NCBI GenBank assembly: GCA_038891615.1
Contig: JAWADY010000001.1
Location: forward strand, 170,952 to 234,951
Origin: Candidatus Woesearchaeota archaeon
Lineage (GTDB): Archaea > Nanobdellota > Nanobdellia > Woesearchaeales > ARS49
Length of the DNA: 64,000 nt
Direction: 5' to 3'
Part shown: positions 27,006-37,392 of the stretch, piece by piece
Layout: each line of letters begins with the position of its first letter
Position numbering within the stretch: the first letter of the stretch is position 1
Position numbers and translations under genes: made by a program
Notes under the pieces: generated by a model
The model's database searches: none
What the model was told of the DNA's origin: nothing
Seen by the model: only the letters and a program-made list of their open reading frames with translations

Positions 27006-30000
27006 TCACACAGTAACTAAATTTCCAGCAACTAACTCTGCTTGTTTTAAAACGGTTTCTGTTGCTTTTTTTTCTTTATCAGGCGGATAGCCATATTTTC
27101 TCAGTATTTTCTTTACTTTGAGGCGCAACTCTGCTTGAACACTTTCTCTTTGTGTCCAGTCTATTGTAACACTTTTTCTTATCATTTGTGTTAGTTCGAG
27201 TGCTATTTTTCTTAAGGTTTCGTCACCAAGTATTTTAACTGCGCTATCATTGGCTTCAAGTGCATCATAAAATGCAAGTTCATCTTCACTCATTCCAAGC
27301 TCTTTTCCCCTGTTTTTTTCTTCTCTAACTTTTCGTGCTAACTCTATTAATTCTTCTACAGCTTGCGCAGCCTCTATAGTCCTATTTGTATATTTCTTTA
27401 TTGTTTTATCCAGCATCTCCATGAAAGATTTGCCTCGAACAAGGTTTCTTTTTGAAATTATTTTAATCTCATCATTCAATAATTTTTTAAGAGCTTCAAA
27501 CGCGAGGTTTTTCTGAGGCATATCTCTTACTTCAGCTAGAAAACGCTCTGATAAAATTGAAAGTTCTGGTTTTTTAATTCCAGCAGCCTCAAATATATCT
27601 ATAATTCTATCAGAGATTACTGCCTTTGAAATAATCTGTTTGATTGCTGTTTCATATTCTTCTATTACATCTTTTTTGGTTTCGAGTTTTTTTGACATTG
27701 TTAATTTTAATGTCTGAAAAAAGCCAACTTCTTCCTTAATCTTCATGGCTTTTTCATGAGGAAATGACAAAGATAATGCTTTTACAAGAGCTGTTGCTTC
27801 TTTTCTAAATCTTTCTTTTTTCCCTGGCTCTTTTAGTATGTATTCCATTGCATTTAGCATGAAAGGAAATTTTTCTTTTGGCGAAAGCTCGAAAAATTTC
27901 TTGTAATTAAAACCATAAAACATATCTTTAACTATCTCATATTTTTCTAACATTAATTTGACAGCCTCTTCTTGGTCCAATATTGGCTTTCCTTTACCGC
28001 CACTTAGTGTATAATCCATAAGTGCTTTTTTAAGTTCAGCTCCAACACCCATATAGTCGACAATCAGACCACCTTCCTTTCCAGGATAAACCCGATTCAC
28101 TCTTGCTATTGCCTGCATTAGAGTATGACCTTTTATTGGCTTATCAAGATACATTGTATGCAGAGATGGCGCATCGAACCCTGTCAAGAACATATCTCTT
28201 ACGATAAGGAGTTTGATTTCATGTTTTGGGTCCCTAAAATTATCCCCTATTCTCTTTCTTCTTTCTTTGTTTCTTATATGCTGCTGCCATTCTTTCGGGT
28301 CAGAAGCAGAGCCTGTTATTACGACTTTAATAAATCCTTTATCATCGTCATCATTATGCCACTCTGGCCTTAGTTTTATTATCTCGTTATAAAGGTCAAT
28401 GCATATTCTTCTCGACATACAAACAATCATTCCTTTTCCATCAAGGACAGAAAGCCTTTGCTCAAAATGATTTACAATGTCTTCTGCAATCCTTCTTATT
28501 CTTTTAGGAGCGCCCGCAACCTTTTCAAGACTTGCCCATTTACTTTTAAGTTTTTCTTTATGCTCTACCTCTTCGCCTTCTGTTACCTCCTCGAACTCTG
28601 GATCAATCTTTGGTCTTTCTTCTGGTTTTAACTCCAGCTTTGCTAATCTGCTTTCGTAAAATATTCCTACAGTAGCACCATCATTAATAGCTTGTTCAAT
28701 ATCATAAATATCAACATATTTTCCAAATACAGCAGGGGTTGATCTATCCTCTTTTTCTATTGGCGTTCCAGTAAAGCCAATGAATGACGCATTGGGCAAA
28801 GCATCTCTTAAGTACTTTGCATAACCATATGTTATAAGCACCTTATCTTCTTTTTTCAGTATTCTTGCAGGAAAACCATATTGGCTTCTATGAGCTTCAT
28901 CCGCTATTACAATAATATTGTCTCGCTCTGATAGAGTAGGATACTTTTCTCTATCATCTTTTGTTTCTGGAAAGAATTTTTGTATAGTAGTAAAAATAAT
29001 TCCGCCAGAAGCAACTTTAAGTAATTCCATCAGTTCTTTTCTTGTGCTTGCTTGAACTGGTTCTTGTCTTAATATGTCTTGACACTTGATAAAAGTTCCA
29101 AATAATTGGTCATCAAGGTCATTTCTGTCTGTAAGAACAACAATCGTAGGATTATCCAGTTGTCTAATAATTTTTCCAGCGTAAAAAATCATTGTCAAAC
29201 TTTTTCCAGAACCCTGAGTGTGCCACACAATACCTGCCTTTTTATTTGTCCTTCTTGCCTGCAAGGTTGATTCTACTGCTTTATTTGCAGCCCAATACTG
29301 GTGATATGCTGCTAATTTCTTTTTTGTTTCTTTATCTTTTTCAAAAACAATAAAGTTTCTTACGATATCTAAAAGCTTGTCTTTGTCAAGCATGCCTCTA
29401 AGCAAGATTTCTATTTCTGATAGCCCTTTCATCGGTTTTTCTCCTTCTATTGTTTTCCACTGCATAAACCTCTCTGGCTCAGAAGTAATCGTGCCTGCTC
29501 TTGCATCCATGCCATCGCTAATAACTAAAATTTCGTTATATTTGAACAAAGAAGGTATCTGTTCTTTATATGTTTGAAATTGATTATATGCTGTCCAGAT
29601 TGTTGCATCTTTATCTGCAGGGTTTTTTAACTCTATAACAACCAAAGGCAAGCCATTAACAAACAACACAATATCTGGCCTTCTTTCAGCATTGTTTTCT
29701 ATTACTGTAAACTGGTTGACTGCAAGAAAATCATTATTTTTTATATCTTCAAAATCGAACAAATTAATCAAAACGTGCCTTTCTTCACCTGCTTTTGCTA
29801 TAGGAATGCTGATACCATCTGTAAGCATCCTATGAAAGGTTTCATTGTCAACAAGCAACTTTTGGCTTCCTATTCTCAAGACTTCCTTTATAGCCTGCTC
29901 TCTCACCTCTTCTGAAACCTGCGGATTAATCCTTCTCAAAGCTTCTCTTAATCTATCAACAAGCACAACATCTTCATATCTCTGCCTTAGAGCATATTTT

Positions 30001-30110
30001 CCACCTGGTAAGTAATCCTCATTATTTCCCCTGATTACTTCATAGCCAAGGCTGCCCAAAACTGACAAAGCAAATTCTTCAACATCCGATTCATGGATTG
30101 CTTTTATCAT
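27006..30110 (-). CDS. hsdR: Type I restriction enzyme R subunit
   Basis: 1034 aa. Walker [17 protein letters not shown] box [11 protein letters not shown], HsdR N-terminal nuclease region. Confidence 0.9.
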   Translation of the reverse strand: MIKAIHESDVEEFALSVLGSLGYEVIRGNNEDYLPGGKYALRQRYEDVVLVDRLREALRRINPQVSEEVREQAIKEVLRIGSQKLLVDNETFHRMLTDGISIPIAKAGEERHVLINLFDFEDIKNNDFLAVNQFTVIENNAERRPDIVLFVNGLPLVVIELKNPADKDATIWTAYNQFQTYKEQIPSLFKYNEILVISDGMDARAGTITSEPERFMQWKTIEGEKPMKGLSEIEILLRGMLDKDKLLDIVRNFIVFEKDKETKKKLAAYHQYWAANKAVESTLQARRTNKKAGIVWHTQGSGKSLTMIFYAGKIIRQLDNPTIVVLTDRNDLDDQLFGTFIKCQDILRQEPVQASTRKELMELLKVASGGIIFTTIQKFFPETKDDREKYPTLSERDNIIVIADEAHRSQYGFPARILKKEDKVLITYGYAKYLRDALPNASFIGFTGTPIEKEDRSTPAVFGKYVDIYDIEQAINDGATVGIFYESRLAKLELKPEERPKIDPEFEEVTEGEEVEHKEKLKSKWASLEKVAGAPKRIRRIAEDIVNHFEQRLSVLDGKGMIVCMSRRICIDLYNEIIKLRPEWHNDDDDKGFIKVVITGSASDPKEWQQHIRNKERRKRIGDNFRDPKHEIKLLIVRDMFLTGFDAPSLHTMYLDKPIKGHTLMQAIARVNRVYPGKEGGLIVDYMGVGAELKKALMDYTLSGGKGKPILDQEEAVKLMLEKYEIVKDMFYGFNYKKFFELSPKEKFPFMLNAMEYILKEPGKKERFRKEATALVKALSLSFPHEKAMKIKEEVGFFQTLKLTMSKKLETKKDVIEEYETAIKQIISKAVISDRIIDIFEAAGIKKPELSILSERFLAEVRDMPQKNLAFEALKKLLNDEIKIISKRNLVRGKSFMEMLDKTIKKYTNRTIEAAQAVEELIELARKVREEKNRGKELGMSEDELAFYDALEANDSAVKILGDETLRKIALELTQMIRKSVTIDWTQRESVQAELRLKVKKILRKYGYPPDKEKKATETVLKQAELVAGNLVTV

Positions 30111-30511
30111 TTCATCATCTTCTTAAATTTCAAGATTAAATTTTTCAATTGTTCCACAACAACCTCTGCTTCTTCCTTTTCAAGCTTTTTTCCATAATAA
30201 TTTACAGCGTTTCTAGTTTTTCTTAAATTATCAAAAATGTCAGCTTCCCTAGATAAATTTAATATTTCTTTTAGAAAAGCTGTGTAGCATTCATGATTAT
30301 AAATTTTGAATCCTTTTTTAATAGGCAATGCTTCTAAAATCTCCCTTAATGAATCGTACAATAAAGAAATTTTGCTTATAAGAAATTCATCAGCCAAAGA
30401 ATCAGTAGAGTTAAATTTTATTTCTGCTGTTTCTAATAAAGATATTATCATATTTTTATCCTCTTTCGTCTCTTTTGCAATTCTTTGTTTTAAGCATTCT
30501 CTCCAGTCCAT
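30107..30511 (-). CDS. HEPN-like protein, putative partner of the adjacent MNT
   Basis: 134 aa, all-alpha. [12 protein letters not shown] resembles the HEPN Rx4-6H box, but His appears replaced. Gene order and 2-nt spacing after the MNT gene are typical of MNT-HEPN modules. Confidence 0.45.
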   Translation of the reverse strand: MDWRECLKQRIAKETKEDKNMIISLLETAEIKFNSTDSLADEFLISKISLLYDSLREILEALPIKKGFKIYNHECYTAFLKEILNLSREADIFDNLRKTRNAVNYYGKKLEKEEAEVVVEQLKNLILKFKKMMK

Positions 30512-30512
30512 C

Positions 30513-31025
30513 TTACCAGTTCCCTTTTATTTTGAAACCATTTAATATATTTTTAAGCAAATTTTCACTTTTTACATCTTCAATTCCTCTAAAAACAAAA
30601 ATCTGTATTCTCCTTTTTAGCAATTTTTCAAATTTCTCAAGATTAATTTCTTTTTTCGTTGGTGTAAAAATTGCAAGATCAATATCAGAATCAATCTTTG
30701 CTTCTCCTTTTGACAAAGAGCCAAAAAGATAAACTATTGGAGTTAATAAATTCTTTTCCAATTCTTTCAATAAGCCGGAATCTTCTAATATTTTTTTCCA
30801 ATAAATTCTTGATAACTCTACGAAAAGCTCAGAATCCTTATTTACAAAATAATAATTATAAATCTTCTCTTTTTCTTTTTTGAGCAAGCCTTCTTTATAC
30901 AAGTTTTCAAGAATCTTTGAAGCTGTCGGCGGGCTTATTTTTTGAATTCTTGCATACTCGCGAACATTAATCCGACTATAGCAATCTTCAAAGAAAGGCT
31001 TCAAAGTGTTAAATATTTCTAACAT
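30513..31025 (-). CDS. minimal nucleotidyltransferase (MNT) with N-terminal wHTH
   Basis: LFGSLSKGEAKIDSDIDLAIF is the GS..DxD pol-beta NTase motif. N-terminal REYARIQKISPPTASKILENL HTH-like segment. Confidence 0.65.
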   Translation of the reverse strand: MLEIFNTLKPFFEDCYSRINVREYARIQKISPPTASKILENLYKEGLLKKEKEKIYNYYFVNKDSELFVELSRIYWKKILEDSGLLKELEKNLLTPIVYLFGSLSKGEAKIDSDIDLAIFTPTKKEINLEKFEKLLKRRIQIFVFRGIEDVKSENLLKNILNGFKIKGNW

Positions 31026-31125
31026 ATGTTAAAAATAATTAACATTTCTATTTAAATCTTTTGAAAAATAAACCTCAAAATATATGTTAAAAATAATTAA
31101 CAAGTGTTAAAAAATATTAACATTT
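31026..31125. promoter_or_regulatory. three copies of a 20-nt palindromic operator-like repeat (ATGTTAA-N6-TTAACAT) upstream of and overlapping the MNT start codon
   Basis: Copies at 31026-31045, 31084-31103 and, degenerate, 31105-31125. The arms are exact reverse complements. Confidence 0.4.
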
Positions 31126-31130
31126 TTGTA

Positions 31131-32510
31131 TTAAGCAGATTTTTTAATCTCCCTTTCCATCTCTTTTATCATCTCAGCAGGCACTCTAATTTTGCCAGAC
31201 ATAAGTTTAGGAAGGAGAGAATCGCGAAGTTGGGAGAAGGTGAGGGATTCTTTTAAGTTATTATAAATTCGATTATAGATAATAGTTAATATATTTTCAA
31301 AAATATCTAAAACTTTTTTTTCAGGTATTAAAATTTTTGTTGATTTAATGTGATTTAAATTAATTATTGGCATAGTGCTTCCTGAAGATATTCTTTCCCA
31401 ATATTTCTCTTCGGATAGTCTTTTAAGGAAGATAAATAAATAGAATCTTCCTATTTTGTTTTCGTCTATTGTTATTTTTGCTAAACGACTTACTATTACA
31501 GCCTTATCATAAATATCAGTCATAATCCCTAGTAATCCTAGAGTCCCCGTTTTTGATATAATTATATCTCCTTTTTTAACAGAACTCCTTTTAACTTCTT
31601 GAAATTTTTTTTCTGATATAAAATGCTTAAATGGCTTATATAAAGGATAACCTTCCAAGTATTCCATTTCGATAATAGGAATTCCAGAATTTTGATATTC
31701 TGTTATTTTCATTTGTGTTCCGAATGGTCCATCGACTATTGAATTTTTCTCATCAGAGGATATATCTTCGATTTTCCCAACCCTCCACCCCTTAGGTATC
31801 TCTTTGCCGAGCTCTTCATTATAAACCATTTCTCCGCCAGAGCTTTTGTAAGGCTTACCCTCTTCATTCGGAAACTCAAAATCAACAAACCAGTGCTTGA
31901 AAATTGCCTGGCCAATTGCCTCAAGGGTTTTGTTCATTCGCTGGTTGAGTTCGATCTTATCATCAAATGCCGAAAGAACTTTAGCAATGGCGCGTTGCTC
32001 GGGGAGGGGCGGGATAGGAAGTTCTACATCCTTAAAAGTGTTTGTAGTTATGGTTTCAAAAACAGTTCCATAAGATACAGATCTAATCTTATTTATCGAG
32101 TTTTTAATCGAATAATAGAGGTATATTACATCATATTCTTTTTTTGGTTGTAAACCATAACATGTCTGATTAAAAGTCATCGGCTCTGGTAATAATGCTA
32201 TTGCACCGACAGTCCCTCTCGAAGTAATTACAATTGTATTTTTTGGATGGATTTTTGCATTGCTATTCTTTACTCCCTCTTCGGTTATTGTTCTTTCTGT
32301 AACTGTTACATATCGCGACTTAACATTTGCAATATCCCTTGCAGTTGCCCATTTAAATTTTCCATCCCAAAAATATTTAATTTCTGTTTTAGGGGTTCCC
32401 CCTAATGAAATATCGCATGTTTCACTAATAGATTTAACCTCCCAATCCTCAGGGATCATTCCGATTTCAGTTTGTTTGAATTTGGGTTTATTTTGGGTTT
32501 GAGGGTTCAT
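31131..32510 (-). CDS. hsdS: Type I restriction-modification specificity subunit
   Basis: Two target-recognition domains separated by conserved repeats. N-terminus MIPEDWEVKSISE is typical. The start was chosen at Met 32510 (MNPQTQ...). The ORF track extends to 32609. Confidence 0.8.
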   Translation of the reverse strand: MNPQTQNKPKFKQTEIGMIPEDWEVKSISETCDISLGGTPKTEIKYFWDGKFKWATARDIANVKSRYVTVTERTITEEGVKNSNAKIHPKNTIVITSRGTVGAIALLPEPMTFNQTCYGLQPKKEYDVIYLYYSIKNSINKIRSVSYGTVFETITTNTFKDVELPIPPLPEQRAIAKVLSAFDDKIELNQRMNKTLEAIGQAIFKHWFVDFEFPNEEGKPYKSSGGEMVYNEELGKEIPKGWRVGKIEDISSDEKNSIVDGPFGTQMKITEYQNSGIPIIEMEYLEGYPLYKPFKHFISEKKFQEVKRSSVKKGDIIISKTGTLGLLGIMTDIYDKAVIVSRLAKITIDENKIGRFYLFIFLKRLSEEKYWERISSGSTMPIINLNHIKSTKILIPEKKVLDIFENILTIIYNRIYNNLKESLTFSQLRDSLLPKLMSGKIRVPAEMIKEMEREIKKSA

Positions 32511-34095
32511 TTTTAACCACCATAAGTAATATACAGTTGTTATTGTTGTCTGGCACTTTGATAATCTCAATATTTGGCATTTTTGTCCTTTCTTGAAGTG
32601 ATTTAACAATTGTTTTTATTCTATCATCATCAAACTTAGAAATAGGAATAGGTTCAAATTGTTTTGTTTTTTCATTTGCACCAATGATATATACCTTTAT
32701 ATTAGACTCCTTCACCTTTTTACTAAGGTCGCTAGCAAAATAAGAAACTATTTCATCGTTACTACCTGAAAAAACATCCGAAGATTTCAATTCTAGTATT
32801 TCGTTTTCAGTATTTACAAAACTAATGTCAAAAGTTGAATTTTCAAATATCTTTTTAGATAGGCAATTTAAAAAATAACAAATAGGTTTATCTTCATTCT
32901 CTATGGCTAATAATTTTAAAATAGAGCCCAATAAAATACTATTAAATGAGTCTCTTATTTGCATTTTTTCATAATAATCTAAAAGTATTTTACTTAATTC
33001 TTTCTGTAGCTCGTTATAAATCTCCATGTTTTTTATTTTAATTGAGTTTGCGGATATTCTACAGCCTGCATGATAAACTCTGAAAGATTCGTTATTCAAT
33101 AATTTAGTTTTAATTTCTTCTAAGAAACTTCCCCGAATTTCTATGCTATTGTCTGAAAATAGTATTAGGAAGTTAGGATTTGTCTTTTTAATTATCACGT
33201 TGCCGTCTTGTTTTACAACATTATTCTTATCATCAAATATTTTTTCCTGATATGGAATGATAGAATTTTTTAACTTTATGTATTCTTCATTATAATAACT
33301 CAGATTATATCGTTTTGCTAAAAAATCTTGTACAAAATCATCATAATTTGTATATGGCTTCCTACCAACTTTGACTAATGACAACGGTATTCTTTCTATC
33401 GGAGCAGGTAAAATTATTTGTTTGTCCTTGACCTTAAACGCTTTTTCTTCTATAAACTTTTTCTCGAAATCGTCATCACTTAATTCTAAAGAAAAAGGAA
33501 CCCCGCTTACTTCACCACAAAATTTATTTTTACCGCCCAAATATTCAAATGCCACTTTTTGAGGTATACCTAACCAGTTAGCAAAGAACACAGAAGGATT
33601 AGTTTCATAAAAAATAACATCAATACTATCTTTCTCATTTTTAAAGTAAACAAATCTCAGGATATTATCTTTATCAAGCATTCTGTCTATAACCTCCCAT
33701 TTGGGTGTAATGGTTTCCTCACCAAAGAGGCTATGACAAAGTATGACAAATTCGGATGTGACTATACAAATCGCATATTTCTCTTCCATCCTCATTCTGG
33801 TGTTCATTTCGTCGCTAAAATCGTTAAGTAATTCTTTTGCGTCTCTGTCATCTATTAAAGGATAAGAGGAAATCAAATTTTTAATCCAAATTTGACAATT
33901 CTCCTTTAATTGAATTTCATCAAATTTTTTTCTTTTACCTAAATTTAATAACGAATTAACAACCTTCGTTATTTTATCTTTATCTACTTTTCTGGTTATT
34001 TTATCTTGGTTAATATCATTCTCAATTACTTTCTTTGAATATACGAATGTTGGCTCTCCCTTATTTTGATTTGTAATCATTATTACACACTCCAC
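32488..34095 (-). CDS. hypothetical 535-aa protein embedded between hsdM and hsdS (no recognisable motif; Asn/Lys/Ile-rich)
   Basis: Long ORF that overlaps hsdM by 13 nt and hsdS by about 23 nt, which implies translational coupling within the Type I R-M operon. No P-loop or nuclease motif seen. Confidence 0.5.
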   Translation of the reverse strand: MECVIMITNQNKGEPTFVYSKKVIENDINQDKITRKVDKDKITKVVNSLLNLGKRKKFDEIQLKENCQIWIKNLISSYPLIDDRDAKELLNDFSDEMNTRMRMEEKYAICIVTSEFVILCHSLFGEETITPKWEVIDRMLDKDNILRFVYFKNEKDSIDVIFYETNPSVFFANWLGIPQKVAFEYLGGKNKFCGEVSGVPFSLELSDDDFEKKFIEEKAFKVKDKQIILPAPIERIPLSLVKVGRKPYTNYDDFVQDFLAKRYNLSYYNEEYIKLKNSIIPYQEKIFDDKNNVVKQDGNVIIKKTNPNFLILFSDNSIEIRGSFLEEIKTKLLNNESFRVYHAGCRISANSIKIKNMEIYNELQKELSKILLDYYEKMQIRDSFNSILLGSILKLLAIENEDKPICYFLNCLSKKIFENSTFDISFVNTENEILELKSSDVFSGSNDEIVSYFASDLSKKVKESNIKVYIIGANEKTKQFEPIPISKFDDDRIKTIVKSLQERTKMPNIEIIKVPDNNNNCILLMVVKNEPSNPK

Positions 34096-35606
34096 CCCAG
34101 CATCTCCAAATTTCTTTTTATTTCTTCATCTAGCTTTTTGCTCTCTTCCATTTGCTGTTTGAGTTCTGCTGTGAGTTTTTTCATTTTTTCTTCAAAAACT
34201 TCTTCTGGCTCTTCTTGTTCTTCAAAGCCGACATAACGGCCTGGTGTTAAAATGAAATTATTTTTTTCAACTTCTTGTAATGAAGCAGATTTGCAAAAAC
34301 CAGGGATGTCTTTATATCCAAGTTTGTTTTCTCCTCTCCATGCATGGTAAGTATCGGCAATTTTCTTTATTTCATCATCAGTTAATTCTCTATGTCTTCT
34401 ATCAATCATTACGCCCATTTTTCTGGCATCGATAAACAGAATCTTTCCTCGTCTATCTTTGAACTTGTTATCTTTTTTATCACGAGCAATAAACCATAAA
34501 CAAGCTGGAATCATTGTGTTGTAGAACAGCTGCGATGGCAAAGCGACAATACAATCTACGAGGTCTGCTTTGATAATATTTTTTCTTATTTCTCCTTCGT
34601 TAGAAGTCATTGAGCTTAAAGAGCCGTTAGCAAGAACAAAACCAGCAATTCCTGTTGGTGATAAATGATGGATAAAATGCTGTACCCATGCAAAATTGGC
34701 ATTTCCTTTTGGTGGAACACCAAACTTCCACCTAACATCTTCTTGTAATAACTCGCCGCCCCAGTCTGAATCATTAAAAGGAGGATTTGCTAGGATAAAA
34801 TCAGCCTTCAAATCCTTGAATTGGTCGTCATGAAAAGAATCACCCCACTTAATGTTTGCGTCAATTCTTCTTATCGCAAGGTTCATTTTGCACAGACGCC
34901 ACGTTGTCTGGTTGCTTTCTTGACCATAAATTGAAATATCTCCAATCTTTCCACCATGAGCTTCAACAAATTTTTCTGATTGAACAAACATTCCTCCTGA
35001 ACCACAACAAGGGTCAAATATTCTTCCTTTGTATGGTTCAAGCATTTCAACAAGCAATTTTACAATGCATCTCGGTGTGTAGAACTGACCGCCTTTTTTG
35101 CCTTCTGCAGATGCAAATTGTCCAAGAAAATATTCGTAAACTCTTCCAAGAATGTCTTTGCTTTTGTTTTCTTTATCACCTAGCCCAATCGTGCCAATTA
35201 AATCTATTAGTTCTCCTAGGCGCTGCTTGCTTAATGCTGGCCTTGCATAAATCTTTGGGAGAACACCTTTTAATGAGGGATTATCCCTTTCGATATCCTC
35301 CATTGCATGGTCTATGAGTTCTCCAATTTCTGGCTTTTTTGCATTAGCCTGCAAATACTCCCATCGCGCTTCTTTTGGAACCCAGAAAACTCTTCTTGCA
35401 AGATATTCGTCAACATCTTCTGGATCAGCTTCTGGGTCTTTTTTTAATTCTTCATAAACTTCTTTAAAAGAGTCGGAAATGTATTTTAAGAATATTAAAC
35501 CTAAAACAACATGCTTGTATTCTGCAGCATCCATATTGCTTCTCAACTTGTCTGCAGCCTGCCAGAGCTTCTCTTCGAAACCTAAATTCGCACTATTAGT
35601 TTTCAT
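34083..35606 (-). CDS. hsdM: Type I restriction-modification N6-adenine DNA methyltransferase subunit
   Basis: Motif [15 protein letters not shown] and motif IV LANPPFN. HsdM N-terminal domain. 507 aa. Confidence 0.9.
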   Translation of the reverse strand: MKTNSANLGFEEKLWQAADKLRSNMDAAEYKHVVLGLIFLKYISDSFKEVYEELKKDPEADPEDVDEYLARRVFWVPKEARWEYLQANAKKPEIGELIDHAMEDIERDNPSLKGVLPKIYARPALSKQRLGELIDLIGTIGLGDKENKSKDILGRVYEYFLGQFASAEGKKGGQFYTPRCIVKLLVEMLEPYKGRIFDPCCGSGGMFVQSEKFVEAHGGKIGDISIYGQESNQTTWRLCKMNLAIRRIDANIKWGDSFHDDQFKDLKADFILANPPFNDSDWGGELLQEDVRWKFGVPPKGNANFAWVQHFIHHLSPTGIAGFVLANGSLSSMTSNEGEIRKNIIKADLVDCIVALPSQLFYNTMIPACLWFIARDKKDNKFKDRRGKILFIDARKMGVMIDRRHRELTDDEIKKIADTYHAWRGENKLGYKDIPGFCKSASLQEVEKNNFILTPGRYVGFEEQEEPEEVFEEKMKKLTAELKQQMEESKKLDEEIKRNLEMLGWSV

Positions 35607-35828
35607 CTTATTTCACCTTTTTTCTTTCTCGGAGTATTCCAATAAGGGCTTTTGCACTTAGGACATACTTTTGGCTCTTTGGTTGTTGAATCTGGGAGAG
35701 TTTCAGATAAAAATCTTTCTCTTGCTCGCAAGATTAGATGGGCTTTTAAAATGACCTTTAATATGAGCGTGGTAACAAAGTATAAATACAAAAGATTTAT
35801 AAGGCTTAAAACAAAAAAGGTGAAAAAA

Positions 35829-36038
35829 ATGGCAAAAGAGACAAAGGATAGGTTGTTGCGGGGCATTGTTGGAGCAGTTCTGCTTTTTTACTCGCTGCCA
35901 GGACTGTTCATTTCAGGCTTTTATGGCGGAATGATGATGGGCAGAATGTTTTTGGGAACAGGAGGCAGCTTTTTTGTTTCCATTCTGCTAGCACTAATTG
36001 GTGTTTGGCTGCTTTATGATGCTATAAAGCCACAGTAG
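35829..36038 (+). CDS. small membrane protein (69 aa)
   Basis: ATG preceded by AAAGGTGA. Two hydrophobic helices. Overlaps the antisense ORF 35603-35866. Which of the two is real is unresolved. Confidence 0.3.
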   Translation: MAKETKDRLLRGIVGAVLLFYSLPGLFISGFYGGMMMGRMFLGTGGSFFVSILLALIGVWLLYDAIKPQ

Positions 36039-36089
36039 AAGAGCAGTAAAAGAGAAAAATTTTTAATCGCCTTTCATAAATTTTTGTAA

Positions 36090-37382
36090 GTGGTAGGGGT
36101 ACACTTTAAGACTTTTGGATGCACTGCAAACTTTTCAGATAGCGAGATAATGAAGGGGCTCTTAAAAAGTGCTTCTTACGAGGTTGTCGACAATGCGGAA
36201 AATGCAAGCGTCATTGTGGTAAATGTTTGCACTGTAAAAGGAGACCAGCATGCGCTTGCAGAAATTAAAAAGACTTCACTGGAAAATCCAGGAAAAAAAT
36301 TGATTATTGCTGGTTGCGTGACTAAAAGCTTGCTAGAAAGGGTAAAGGCTGAAATTCCTGATGTCAGCTTTCTTAATACTCACAACATAAAAAAAATTGA
36401 TTTTGTTGTAAACAGCACGCTTTCAGACAGGCCGGTTAGTCTTATATCAGGCTCTAATGAACCAAAAACAGGTCTTCCAAAGGTTAGAAAGAATCCTGTT
36501 GTTGGCATAATACAAATCGCAACTGGTTGTGATAGTTTCTGCTCTTTTTGCAGCACAAAGCTAATCAAAGGAAGGCTACAATCTTATTCGCCCTCATCAA
36601 TCGTGCAAGAGGCTGCTGAATGTATTAAAGAAGGATGTAAAGAAATATGGCTGACTGCAACCGATACCAGCTGCTATGGCCTTGACATTGGTACAAACCT
36701 TCCAAAACTTGTAAAGGTATTGACAAGGCTTGATGGCGAATTCATGATTAGGATTGGCATGGCAAATCCAAAACACGTCCTGCGTTATCAGGATGAGCTA
36801 ATAGAAGCTATATCTAATCCAAAAGTTTTCAAGTTTTTACATCTCCCTGTACAATCTGGCAATGACAGAGTGTTGAAAGCCATGAAAAGAGAATATACAG
36901 TGGAAGAGTATAAAAAATTGGTGTCCAGAATAAAAAAAGAAATTCCAGAGATTACAATTGCCACGGACATAATTGTAGGATTTCCTGGAGAAACCTTCGA
37001 AGAATTCATTGACTCTGTTAGATTGGTGGAAGAAACCAGGCCAGATGTGTTGAACATATCGCGATTTGTGCCAAGAGGTGGGACTCAAGCAATTAGGATG
37101 CCGAATCAGGTTCCAGAAATTGAGAAAAAGATGCGTAGCAGACTGCTTACACGGGTTTATTGGAATGTTGCGCTTGAGCAAAACCTCCGATGGCTGGGCT
37201 GGAAAGGGTTGTGCATCATCGATGAGGTTGGAAAGCATGGCACATTGATTGGGCGAAATTTTGCCTACAAACCAATCGTTTTACGGGGCACTCACAAGCT
37301 AGGAAGCATTGTTGAAGTAGAAATTTTAGCTGCTGAAAAATTCAACTTAAGAGATAAATCAGCAATAAAGGCTGAGGTTTAG
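36090..37382 (+). CDS. radical-SAM methylthiotransferase, MiaB/MtaB (CDKAL1-like) family
   Basis: N-terminal MTTase domain (KTFGCTANFSDSE). Radical SAM CxxxCxxC (IATGCDSFCSFC). C-terminal TRAM-like region. 430 aa. Confidence 0.8.
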   Translation: MVGVHFKTFGCTANFSDSEIMKGLLKSASYEVVDNAENASVIVVNVCTVKGDQHALAEIKKTSLENPGKKLIIAGCVTKSLLERVKAEIPDVSFLNTHNIKKIDFVVNSTLSDRPVSLISGSNEPKTGLPKVRKNPVVGIIQIATGCDSFCSFCSTKLIKGRLQSYSPSSIVQEAAECIKEGCKEIWLTATDTSCYGLDIGTNLPKLVKVLTRLDGEFMIRIGMANPKHVLRYQDELIEAISNPKVFKFLHLPVQSGNDRVLKAMKREYTVEEYKKLVSRIKKEIPEITIATDIIVGFPGETFEEFIDSVRLVEETRPDVLNISRFVPRGGTQAIRMPNQVPEIEKKMRSRLLTRVYWNVALEQNLRWLGWKGLCIIDEVGKHGTLIGRNFAYKPIVLRGTHKLGSIVEVEILAAEKFNLRDKSAIKAEV

Positions 37383-37392
37383 CTTAAGCAAA

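Noticed and set aside
35603-35866. 87-aa minus-strand ORF upstream of hsdM as a confident CDS
   Set aside because: It overlaps a plus-strand two-TM mini-ORF with a better RBS. It is kept only as an unresolved alternative in the findings and not listed as a feature.
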